DNA of 64,000 bases from contig NIVC01001793.1 of the NCBI GenBank assembly GCA_002269645.1, positions 62,001 through 126,000 of the forward strand, in the 5' to 3' direction. Both the position numbers and the translations under genes were made by a program. Source of the stretch: Macrostomum lignano (lineage: Eukaryota). The notes under the pieces are model-generated. The model worked only from the letters and a program-made list of their open reading frames with translations. It did not search any database and was not told where the DNA came from. Shown piece by piece: positions 1 through 11,432 of this stretch. Every line of letters starts with the position of its first letter. The first letter of the stretch is position 1.

Positions 1-203
1 GCTGGACATCCTCAGCTAGTCAGTCAAGCATTCAGCCATCACCCCGATGCCGTCGGCACCTTCAACAGGTGGCATCAGGGGAGTAAGGAAACCTGACATA
101 TTTGCAACAGGGTGTCCATAGTCACCTGGTGTAATCTGTTGAAGGAGCCGACGGCGTCGGGATGATGACGGAATGCTTGAGAGACTAGCTGAGAATGTCT
201 GGC
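1..203. repeat. Long imperfect inverted repeat (fold-back; arms ~1-95 and ~108-203), left end cut by the window
   Basis: The reverse complement of 134-203 (gccagacattctcagctagtctctcaagcattccgtcatcatcccgacgccgtcggctccttcaacag) aligns to 1-68 (gctggacatcctcagctagtcagtcaagcattcagccatcaccccgatgccgtcggcaccttcaacag); pairing continues inward to a short loop. Confidence 0.85.
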
Positions 204-323
204 GGTTGATTCTTGCCCACTGTCGAGGCTTGATCGGCGAAACTAGAGAAATCCCCCCTCTTGGTAGTTCGACGGGCGGAAAAATGGCTTGGCATTCCTA
301 TTGTTAACAAACAGCAATCTAAC

Positions 324-2768
324 CTGCAACAGAGTCTCCCCTTTGCGATTCCGTTTATCAATATTGCCGATGCTACGTTGAGAATAATTCAGTCCGGGAC
401 TCTGCGATATGCGCGCCTCCTTGGCCAACCGTCTGCCGGTGCGGGGCGCGGTGGCTGCAGTTGGCGCATTGGCCGGCGCGCGCTCTTGCAGTGGCGTCAC
501 GGGCGGACTGCAGCTGGATTTCATAGCGGACTTTTTTTCCCCAGTTTGAGACTGGGCTGCTGCCGGCTTTTTCTGCTCTTTGCGATTGCTTCCGCCTGCG
601 GCTTTCTTCTGCAATGGTGGCGGTAGGGGTTGAAAGAGCGCTGGTTTTTTTGTGTCATCTAGGCATGCCATGACATGTCGAAATTAAAAATGGCATAACA
701 ATTTTTTGCCATTATGCCATTGCCAAATTGCCAATGCTGAATCCCCAATTGCAAATATCAGTTTTGCTTTTAAATTTGTTCAAATATTACCTTGTTTGTC
801 GTGACAGTTGCATGAATTAAAATTTGCACTTTACGATCAACGGCAAGTTGCATTTCATTATTTTACATTTTATGTCAATGGCATGTCAAAAGTCAAAATG
901 GCATAACGATTTTGAAGAAAAAAACCCAGGAAAGGGGAAATTCTTATTGAAGAGTGGGTTGGAGGGGATTCTATTCTAATGGTGGGTTTAAGGGGATTCT
1001 AATGACGGGTTTAAGGGGATTCTAATGGTGGGTTTAAGGGGATTCTAATGGTGGGTTTAAGGGGATTCTAATGACGGGTTTAAGGGGATTCTAATGGTGG
1101 GTTTAAGGGGATTCTAATGACGGGTTTAAGGGGATTCTAATGGTGGGTTTAAGGGGATTCTAATGGTGGGTTTAAGGGGATTCTAATGACGGGTTTAAGG
1201 GGATTCTAATGGTGGGTTTAAGGGGATTCTAATGACGGGTTTAAGGGGATTCTAATGACGGGTTTAAGGGGATTCTAATGACGGGTTTATGGGGATTCTA
1301 ATGACGGGTTTAAGGGGATTCTAATGACGGGTTTAAGGGGATTCTAATGGTGGGTTTAAGGGGATTCTAATGACGGGTTTAAGGGGATTCTAATGGTGGG
1401 TTTAAGGGGATTCTAATGACGGGTTTAAGGGGATTCTAATGGTGGGTTTAAGGGGATTCTAATGAAGGGTTTAAGGGGATTTTAATGGTGGGTTTAAGGG
1501 GATTCTAATGGTGGGTTTAAGGGGATTCTAATGGAGGGTTTAAGGGATTCTTAATAACGGGTTTAAGGGGATTTTAATGGTGGGTTTAAGGGGATTCTAA
1601 TAACGGGTTTAAGGGGATTCTAATGACGGGTTTATGGGGATTCTAATGGAGGGTTTAAGGGGATTTTAATGGAGGGTTTAAGGGGATTTTAATGACGGGT
1701 TTAAGGGGATTCTAATGACGGGTTTAAGGGGATTCTAATAGTGGGTTTAAGAGGATTCTTAATAACGGGTTTATAGGGATTCTAATGGAGGGTTTAAGGG
1801 ATTCTAATAACGGGTTTAAGGGGATTCTAATGACGGGTTTATGGGGATTCTAATGGAGGGTTTAAGGGGATTCTAATGACGGGTCTATGGGGATTCTAAT
1901 GGTGGGTTTAAGAGGATTCTAATGACGGGTTTAAGGGGATTCTAATGGTGGGTTTAAGGGGATTCTAATGGTGGGTTTAAGAGGATTCTTAATAACGGGT
2001 TTAAGGGGATTCTAATGACGGGTTTAAGGGGATTCTAATGAAGGGTTTATGGGGATTTTAATAAAGGGTTAAATGGGATTCTAATGACGGGTTGGAGGGT
2101 ATTCTACCCGTAATCGCTGAGCTTCAAAGCCGTCAGTATAGGGCAAAGAATACACTTACAATGCCAGACGTGGTTTTCTTGTCCTCTCGCTGCTGCTCCG
2201 GCGTGGCAGGCGGCGTAACAGCAGCAACAGAAATCCTACCAGACTGCCGCTTCTTCTGCTTGCTAATCTTTACCGGCGGTGTAGCCGCCGCCTCAGCCGA
2301 CTCCTGTTCTTCCTCCTTTGTTGTTTCCTCGGCAGTGCAAGCCTCGTCATTACCCGCATCGTCTCGCTTGGCCGCCGCTCCGCGTTTCCTACTAGCAGGG
2401 CCAGACAGTTTCTGCAGCTGGGGTATCAGGCTGCGCATTTGTTCGATAGACGAGTGGACTAGCTGGTCTTCTGCACCTTCATCTAGCCGACCGGCCAGAC
2501 TCCAGACTAGTGACAGAACTTCAGTAAGGGTGTCGGAACTCTGTATAGACTTTGAGCCGCCCCTGACCAGACTTTTGCACTCTGGACAGTGGAATGCGCC
2601 GTTTGGTCGCTTGCTAGACAGACAGGTTGTACAGATTGAGTGGCCGCAGGGCAGCACCTGGGTGGCGGGGCTGTCTGCGGTGCAACAGTCGCTGCCTGAG
2701 CAGCAGGATGTGGCCTGGATTACCGAGCTCAGCGTCTTGCGCAAGTTCCACCATTCAGACAGTGACAT
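324..2768 (-). CDS. BARD1: BARD1-like RING + ankyrin-repeat protein, 5' part (exons 2768-2160 and 608-324; continues off the left edge)
   Basis: Exon 1 from ATG 2768: helix, RING-like C..C...PCGHSICTTC...CPEC, then a second helix (SSDTLTEVLSLVWSL), as in the BARD1 N-terminus. Donor ATT|GTAAGT at 2160/2159 is phase 0 and matches acceptor TTGCAG|AAG at 609/608 (an upstream AG at 659 is phase 1 and does not fit). Exon 2 ends IDKRNRKGETLLQ|GTTAG, matching the recalled first BARD1 ankyrin start KRNHRGETLLH. Confidence 0.72.
955..2106. repeat. 23-bp minisatellite (GGT/GAC-GGGTTTAAGGGGATTCTAAT) in BARD1 intron 1
   Basis: Tandem units directly visible. Confidence 0.95.
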
Positions 2769-2890
2769 TGCTATTGGTGGCTGAAGGATCAATTGAAATT
2801 AATGGATTTGTATAGAATTTTTACACAATACTATAGATGAGTGTATTTTATCTATCTGCGCTCATATAACTAAATCCACAGATAGACAGT

Positions 2891-3534
2891 CAGGCGCGTC
2901 GCCACTAGGGGGGGGGGACAATGGGGACATGTCCCCCCAGTAAAAGCTCTGGGGGGACATGCCAATGCTTTGTCTTCCCCACCCCACCTTGTGACTCGTG
3001 GTAATCAAAAATTTTTCTTCAGGGCGCCAAAATATAGCGCCTTTGGCGCCAAAATGAGTGCCTGCGGCGCTAAAAGGAATGCCTACGGCCATACATGCGC
3101 AACCTTGGGAATCACCCGGCCGTTTCTATTGGCAAAACATACATGTAAGTCGCTATTGGCTGAGAGCAGTCACGTGACTACCATTCCGTCCAATAGCGAC
3201 TTACATGTGTGTGTTGCCAATAGAAACAGCCGGATGAATCCCAAAGTTGCGCCCAAGCATGCCTACGGCGCCAAAATGAGTGCCTGCGGTGCTAAAATGA
3301 GTGCCTGCTGCGCTAAAAGGAATGCCTACGGCGCTAAAAGGAATGCCTACGGCGCCAATACGAGTGCCTGCGGCGCTAAAATGAGTGCCTGCGGTGCTAA
3401 ACTGAGTACCTGCGGCGACAAAATGAGCACTGACAACACGATTCTCACAAAAATGGAAATGTAGGAATTTAGTCATGAACATGTTGAATTCTTGGCTTTG
3501 TCCCCCGACCATAAAATCAATGGCGACGTCCCTG
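2891..3534. mobile_element. Non-autonomous hAT-type MITE with internal 21-bp repeats
   Basis: TIR CAGGCGCGTCGCCACT versus reverse complement of the right end CAGGGACGTCGCCATT; 8-bp TSD tagacagt (2883-2890) / tagtcagt (3535-3542), 7/8 match; internal repeats ggcgctaaaatgagtgcctgc. Confidence 0.8.
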
Positions 3535-4569
3535 TAGTCAGTTAGACAGGGTTGCGCAACTCGTCCAACACTTCTATGTTAACGTTCATAGAAGTGGCAT
3601 AAAAATACAGAATTTATGGCATTTAATTTTTAGCTGTCAAAATAGCAAATAATACTTTGTACTTTGTATCTCTTGATTTATTCTGCTCTCAATCAAATCT
3701 CAGCTTTCATTTTATGCTTATGGTCTAATTTTGCTTTTCCGATTATTCAAATTATACTTAGACTTCAATTCAAGGATAGAACATGGTTCCATCCAAGATT
3801 AAATTATCTCTTTTGTCATTAGTTAAAAAAGTTGACTATATCATTTTTCAATATACTCATTGTTTATACTGTCTATTTACATTTTTGTATACTAGAGTTT
3901 TTTCCCATCAAGGCCATGGATAAATGATATCACAGATCCTATATACTAAAAATGGTCTGTCTGTGTCTATCTATCTATCTATCTATCTATCTATGTGATC
4001 GATTAGAGAAAAAATGGCTGGACCGATTTTGTTCGAACTTGCACTGTTCGATCAGAAATTTTCCCGTGACGGTACATGCATCGTGGCTAAGAAATTGCTC
4101 AATGCTAGAGGCATTAAATATTCGAAAAACATGCTTTTTTGCAAAGGTCAAGCAAACTTTTCGACTTGAAATGCATTGTAAGAATGCTAGAGAAAAAACT
4201 GACTGGTTGAATTCTGACTCTGAAATAGATTGCATCATAACTGAATTGTAACTCTGACTTGAATTGAAAATGCAGTGTGGAAGCCTAGCACCAGACTTGA
4301 TTTAAATTGCGTAACCATATTGTTAACTGATACTGACTGACTGAGAAACTGATTATGTCATAACTGCTTCGTGTGATTTACTCTATGCTTGGATTTTAAA
4401 GTGTTGAATTATATAAGTGCAAAATTTGATGTTATCAAAACGACGAGAGCTAGCCTAGAGGTGAACAAACTGAGCTGCTAAATGCAGCGACGATGATTCG
4501 AATTTTCATAGAGTATAATTTTTTTAATTAAAGCTTTTCAACGTCAGGAAAACTAAAAGACTTTTTAAA

Positions 4570-7500
4570 AAGAAGCGTCATGTAATGAATCATAGAAGCG
4601 TCATGTAAAAAATCATAAAAGCGTCATGTAAAAAAATCGTAGAAGCGTCATATAAAAATCATAGAAGCGTCATGTAAACAATCATAGAAGCGTCATGTAA
4701 AAATCATAAAAGCGGCATGTAAACAATCATAGAAGCGTCATGTAAACAATCATAGAAGCGTCATGTAAACAATCATAGAAGCGTCATGTAATGAATCATA
4801 GAAGCGTCATCTAAAAATCATAGAAGCGTCATGTAAAAAATCATAAAAGCGTCATGTAAAAATCGTAGAAGCGTCATGTAAAAATCATAGAAGCGTCATG
4901 TAAAATCATAGAAGCGTCATGTAAAAATCATAGAAGCGTCATGTAAAATCGTAGAATCGTCCTGCCAAAATCGTAGAAGCGTCATGTAAAAAATCATAGA
5001 AGCGTCATGTAAAAATCATAGAAGCGTCATGTAAAATCATAGAATCATCCTGCCAAAATCGTAGAAGCGTCATGTAAAAAATCCTTGAAGCGTCATGTAA
5101 ACAATCATAGAAGCGTCATGAAACAATCATAGAAGCGTCATGTAAACAATCATAGAAGCGTCATGTAAACAATCCTAGAAGCGTTATGTAAACAATCCTA
5201 GAAGCGTCATGTAAACAATCATAGAAGCGTCATGTAAACAATCCTAGAAGCGTCATGTAAACAATCATAGAAGCGTCATGTAAACAATCATAGAAGCGTC
5301 ATATAAAAATCATAGAAGCATCATGTAAACAATCATAGAAGCGTCATATAAAAATCATAGAAGCGTTATGTAAAAATGATAGAAGCGTCATATAAAAAAT
5401 CATAGAAGGGTCATGTAAACAATCATAGAAGCGTCATATAAAAATCATAGAAGCGTCATGTAAACAGTCATAGAAGCGTCATGAAACAATCATAGAAGCG
5501 TCATGTAAACAATCATAGAAGCGTCATGTAAAAATCATAGAAGCGTCATGTAAAATCGTAGAATCGTCCTGCCAAAATCGTAGAAGCGTCATGTAAAAAA
5601 TCATAGAAGCGTCATGTAAAAATCATAGAAGCGTCATGTAAAATCATAGAATCATCCTGCCAAAATCGTAGAAGCGTCATGTAAAAAATCCTTGAAGCGT
5701 CATGTAAACAATCATAGAAGCGTCATGAAACAATCATAGAAGCGTCATGTAAACAATCATAGAAGCGTCATGTAAACAATCCTAGAAGCGTTATGTAAAC
5801 AATCCTAGAAGCGTCATGTAAACAATCATAGAAGCGTCATGTAAACAATCCTAGAAGCGTCATGTAAACAATCATAGAAGCGTCATGTAAACAATCATAG
5901 AAGCGCCATGTAAAAATCATAGAAGCATCATGTAAACAATCATAGAAGCGTCATATAAAAATCATAGAAGCGTTATGTAAAAATGATAGAAGCGTCATAT
6001 AAAAAATCATAGAAGGGTCATGTAAACAATCATAGAAGCGTCATATAAAAATCATAGAAGCGTCATGTAAACAGTCATAGAAGCGTCATGAAACAATCAT
6101 AGAAGCGTCATGTAAACAATCATAGAAGCGTCATGTAAACAATCATAGAAGCGTCATGTCAAAATCATAGAAGCGTCATGTAAACAATCATAGAAGCGTC
6201 ATGAAACAATCATAGAAGCGTCATGTAAACAATCATAGAAGCGCCATGTAAACAATCATAGAAGCGTCATGTAAAAATCATAGAAGCGTCATGTAAACAA
6301 TCATAGAAGCGTCATGAAACAATCATAGAAACGTCATGTAAAAATCATAGAAGCGTCATGTAAACAATCATAGAAGCGTCATGTAAACAATCATAGAAGC
6401 GTCATGTAAACAATCATAGAAGCGTCATGTAAACAATCATAGAAGCGCCATGTAAAAATCATAAAAGCGTCATGTAAACAATCATTCAAGCGTCATTTAA
6501 ACAATCATAGTAGCGTCATGTAAACAAGCATAGAAGAATGTAAACAATCATAGAAGCGTCATGTAAAAATCATAGAAGCGTCATGAAACAATCATAGAAG
6601 CGTCATGTAAAAAATCATAAAAGCGTCATGTAAAAATCGTAGAAGCGTCATGTAAAAATCATAGAAGCGTCATGTAAAATCATAGAAGCGTCATGTAAAA
6701 ATCATAGAAGCGTCATGTAAAATCGTAGAATCGTCCTGCCAAAATCGTAGAAGCGTCATGTAAAAAATCATAGAAGCGTCATGTAAAAATCATAGAAGCG
6801 TCATGTAAAATCATAGAATCATCCTGCCAAAATCGTAGAAGCGTCATGTAAAAAATCCTTGAAGCGTCATGTAAACAATCATAGAAGCGTCATGAAACAA
6901 TCATAGAAGCGTCATGTAAACAATCATAGAAGCGTCATGTAAACAATCCTAGAAGCGTTATGTAAACAATCCTAGAAGCGTCATGTAAACAATCATTCAA
7001 GCGTCATTTAAACAATCATAGAAGCGTCATGTAAACAAGCATAGAAGCGTCATGTAAAAATCATAGAAGCGTCATGTAAACAATCATAGAAGCGTCATGA
7101 AACAATCATAGAAACGTCATGTAAAAATCATAGAAGCGTCATGTAAACAATCCTAGAAGCGTCATGTAAACAATCATAGAAGCGTCATGTAAACAATCAT
7201 AGAAGCGACATGTAAAAATCATAGAAGCATCATGTAAACAATCATAGAAGCGTCATATAAAAATCATAGAAGCGTTATGTAAAAATGATAGAAGCGTCAT
7301 ATAAAAAATCATAGAAGGGTCATGTAAACAATCATAGAAGCGTCATATAAAAATCATAGAAGCGTCATGTAAACAATCATAGAAGCGTCATGAAACAATC
7401 ATAGAAGCGTCATGTAAACAATCATAGAAGCGCCATGTAAAAATCATAGAAGCGTCATGTAAACAATCATAGAAGCGTCATGTAAAAATCATAGAAGCGT

Positions 7501-8065
7501 CATATAAAATCATAGATGCGTCATATAAAAATCATAGATGCGTCATGTAAACAATCATAGAAGCGTCATGTAAACAATCATAGAAGCGTCATGTAAACAA
7601 TCATAGAAGCGTCATGTAAAAAATCATAGAAGCGTCATGTAATGAATCATAGAAGCGTCATGTAAACAATCATAGAAGCGTCATGTAAACAATCATAGAA
7701 GCGTCATGTAAAAATCATAGAAGCGTCATGTAAAAAATCATAGAAGCGTCATGTAAACAATCATAGAAGCGTCATGTAAAAAATCGTAGAAGCGTCATTT
7801 AAAAATCATAGAAAGCGTTATTTAAAAAATCATAGAAGCGTCATGTAAACAATCAGAGAAGCGTCATGTAAACAATCATAGAAGCGTCATGTAAAAAATC
7901 ATAGAAGCGTCATGTAAAAATTATAGAAGCGTCAAGAAAAATCATAGAAGCGTCATGTAAAAAAAGTCATAGAAGCGTCATGTTAAAATCATAGACGCGT
8001 CATGAAAAAATCATAGAAGCCTCATTTAAAAACTAAGGAAAGTGTCATTTAAAAAATTAAGAAGC
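4570..8065. repeat. ~3.5-kb 23-bp minisatellite (CATAGAAGCGTCATGTAAACAAT) with higher-order duplications
   Basis: Tandem units visible; the variant marker aatcgtcctgccaaaatcg recurs near 4955, 5563 and 6728. Confidence 0.95.
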
Positions 8066-8944
8066 ATCATGGTAGAATAAAAGAAGCGTCATGTCAGACA
8101 TGAAGGGTGTCATGTAAAAATAAATGCAGCTATAATGCTGTGCTGGGGAGAAAAACTGAGACGTTAAGGCTCTCGGAGAATAACTGAGATTACGGGGGGG
8201 GGGGGTTGCTGAGATGTCAAAGCAAAAGTCAGAAGCTACTTCAAAGTTCATGTACTTTACTCAATTTTTTTATTACATTCTTTGTTGGCTCGCCACGGGG
8301 GGGGGTCGCTGATAGAAGAAGAGTCATGTAAAAAATAAAAGTAGCACTATGTATACATAAAAGAAAAGTCATGTCGAAGTTAAAAGATTCATTTGGGAAT
8401 TGCTATGATGTCAAAGCTTGGAGGGAATCGTTACAGTGCTGTGATTCTTAAAGAAGGAATCACTAAAATGTCAAGGCTTAGGGGAGAAGAATTGCTGAGA
8501 TTCAAGGCTTTAGGTTGGGTTAAAGTTAGGTTTAGGTCAGGTGTGGGTTGAGGGTTATATTTTATCGGGTTTCAAGGTTAACGGGGGATTTTTAAGATTT
8601 CAAGGTTTATGGAGGCCATCGCTGACATGTCAAGGCTTACGGGGGAATAGCTGAGATGTCAAGGCTCACGGGGGTATAAATGAGATTTCAAAGCTAAAGT
8701 CAGAAGCTACATGTAAACAATCATGTAAAGTTTATTGAAAACTTTTTATTACATTTTTTGATGCCTCCTCAGGGGAGGGATCGCTGATAAAAAAAGCGTA
8801 ATGTAAAAAATAAAAGAAGCTTCATGTCGAAGTTAAGAGATTCATTTGGGAATCCCTACGATGTCGAGGCTTGCAGGAAATCGCTATAATGCTGTAGCAG
8901 TGCTATAATGACTCTTAGAGAGAATTACTGAAATGTCAATGCTT

Positions 8945-9010
8945 TAGGGTTAGGTTAGGGTTAGGGTTAGGGTTAGGGTTAGGGTTAGGGTTTGGCTAGG
9001 GTTAGGGTTA
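8945..9010 (+). repeat. Interstitial telomeric-type (TTAGGG)n tract
   Basis: ttagggttaggttagggttagggttagggttagggttagggttaggg; degenerate counterparts at ~8510-8555, 48364-48400 and 51455-51482 (as CCCTAA). Confidence 0.9.
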
Positions 9011-10120
9011 GAAGGTTGACAGATATTTTTAGATTTCCAAGGCTTATTGGGGGCATTGCTGAGATGTCAAGGGGGGGAGTTGATATGTTAAAGCTTGTGG
9101 TGGGGAATTACTGACATGTCAAGGCTTACAAGGTTTGACAGGAGATTTTTTAAGATTTCAAGGATACATGTAGCTTATTAAAAAAACGTGTAGCGATTGC
9201 ATTTCTTTGGCTCCCCAACGGGGGGCGTAGATTGCTAGTTGCTTATCTGAAAAATGCCTGTAGTCCCTACCCACCCCAATATTGGGATAGTCTCTATTTC
9301 AATTAGATTGGCTATGTGCATTTATTAATATTTACTCTGATTCAACTATATTAGTATTAGTTTGAATGCTAAAGCACTATAAAAATCTTGCCTTGAGAGT
9401 TTGGATTTTGTTTGCAATTTTAACAATTTCTAGTGTGCCACTGAACTTAGCTAAAAGAGTAGAGTAGTACAAAGCTTTTGAAAGCTATAGAAAACATTTT
9501 ATTTGCTGAGTGGGTTTGTCTTGGCTGCCTTTCTAGGCAGAGTATAATATCTATCTTTAATATCAAGAGTGAAAAATATGAGGACATATTTTAACTCAGT
9601 ATTAAAAAATCTTGAGATATCACTCACAAGTTCACCTTTTCACTAAGCCTCAATGACCAATGTCTCATTTTGTCTTGTTATTGTTATATAAAAAAGATTT
9701 ATTAGTTTGCTAGCTTAAAAACTTTTTTTCATGCTTTGGTCCTTAAGATAGCAGTCACTACTTTCATAAAAATGTCAAAATTAAAATCCTATAATCTAAA
9801 CAAGTTTAAAACAAGTATTGCCATTGAATAAAGACTAGTTTAAACATATTGTACATATAATAATAGACATTTAATGTTCTAAAGAAATTGGTAATAATAT
9901 AAAAAATAGGAAAAAAATGAATCATTTGAATTTCATTTAAGCTAAAAACCAATAGGTTTTCCATATGCATAGATACAATTTTTTTATTTGTTTACAAATT
10001 TATTAATTAGTAAAGGATGGACAAGCAGAAATTTTGGTCAGCATGAAAATTTTTGAAATTTTCAAAGTCAGGTATGATTGCGATTGTGAATATGAATTTA
10101 TATTAATATTAATAGTTATA

Positions 10121-11432
10121 CAAGGGTTGTGTCATAAATTTGCTGACAACTGCAAATATCAAAGAAACAAAACAAAGAACAGCTAATTGTCAACATTGCA
10201 CTTCTCAAAATAGTCACCCCCAAGCTGCACACATTTGTGCCATCTCTCTGGCAGCTTGCTGATGCCCTGGGCAAAGAATTCCGTGGGGGTCCCTTGTACC
10301 CACTGGCTGATGGCCGAGCTGAGTGCAGAAAGGCTTCCATAGCGATGGCCACGAAGGGGCTCTTTCATTTTAGGGAACAACAAGTAGTCACTAGGGGCCA
10401 GGTCAGGAGAATAGGCAGGGTGAGGCAGCAACTCGAAGCCTAGTCTCCTGATGACATCCATAGTTGCATTGCAGGTATGCGGCCTGGCGTTGTCCTGCTG
10501 CAGCACAGTGCCCCTGGTGATCCTTCCCCGGCACTCACTCTTGATCTTCTCACGCAGCTGTTCGAATATTTCACAGTAGTACTGGGCATTGATGGTTCTG
10601 CCTTCAGGTAGCCACTCGATCAGCAAGATGCCTTCTCTGTCCCAGAACACGGTGGCCATGCGCTTACCTGCTGACTGCACCGCCTTGGCCTTGACCGGTG
10701 GGGGTTCGTGAGTAGCCTTCCAGACGCTGCTCTGCTGTTTTGTTTCCGGTTTATAGAAGTGAAACCACGTTTCATCACCAGTCACCAGGCGGCCAAGAAA
10801 GTTGGGCTCGTTTTGATAGGTGTTGAGCAGGTGGCGGCACATCTGGACCCTCTCTTGCAGTTGGACAGGAGTCAGCAGTTTAGGGACCCATCGTGCAACA
10901 ACTCGTGTCATATGCAGATGGTTGGAGATGATGCGATGAATGCTCTTCATTGGTATCGCCAACAAGTCCTCTAACTGCCTCAGGGTTGCTCCATGATCAT
11001 CGTCCAGGGCATGCTGCACACGCTGGATGTTGTCACTGGAAGTGGATGACCGCGGTGCACCTGGGCAGGGAGCATCATCAACTGTCTCCTAGCCGTCCTC
11101 AAAGCGCTGCACCCACTTTGACACAGTTTGTTTCGAAGGTGCATCCTCACCAAAGATTTGCAGCAGCTCGCAGTAAATATCAGCCTGCTTCTTCTGCTGC
11201 TTCCACAATGACCAAATGACAGTGCACTTGGCAGCTTCACTTTTCTCCATACTGGCTAGAAGGGTGGTTTGAATGCCACTCGATTTCTGCCTTATCTCAA
11301 AAGCCAGAGGGAAGATTTTCCATAGACAATAAGATCGATGGTGCCTTAGTCTGTAACAAAAAATTCTGCCCCAAAGTACAAAAGAAACAGACGCTATGTA
11401 AGTTTGTCAGCGAATTTATGACACAACCCTCA
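10121..11432 (-). mobile_element. Mariner (DD34D) DNA transposon, full length, decayed
   Basis: TIRs TA|CAAGGGTTGTGTCATAAATTTGCTGACAA and TTGTCAGCGAATTTATGACACAACCCTCA; encloses a transposase. Confidence 0.95.
10183..11250 (-). pseudogene. Mariner transposase with one in-frame stop (codon 54, TAG at 11089-11091)
   Basis: ATG at 11250 (MEKSEAAKCTVIW...) is in frame with ORF 10183-11019; motifs WVPKLL, GDETW, QDNARPH, YSPDLAPSD; 34 residues between the second and third catalytic D. Confidence 0.93.

Larger units (their letters stand above)
3937..9238 (+). mobile_element. Putative non-autonomous Helitron containing a minisatellite expansion and TTAGGG tracts
   Basis: 5' A|TCCTATATACTAAAAATGG followed by (CTGT)/(CTAT)n and ggaccgatttt, resembling Lep1-type Helitron 5' ends. 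3' GC hairpin GCTCCCC-AAC-GGGGGGC (9210-9226), 8 nt, then CTAG|T (9235-9239). That the two ends belong to one element is inferred. Confidence 0.5.

Noticed and set aside
2092-2784. 230-aa plus-strand ORF, and similar antisense ORFs over the mariners, GALT, SLC25A42 and the prohormone
   Set aside because: Shadow ORFs of GC-rich coding sequence on the opposite strand.
8945-9010. TTAGGG tract as a chromosome end
   Set aside because: Short, internal and embedded in a dispersed repeat present twice in the window.
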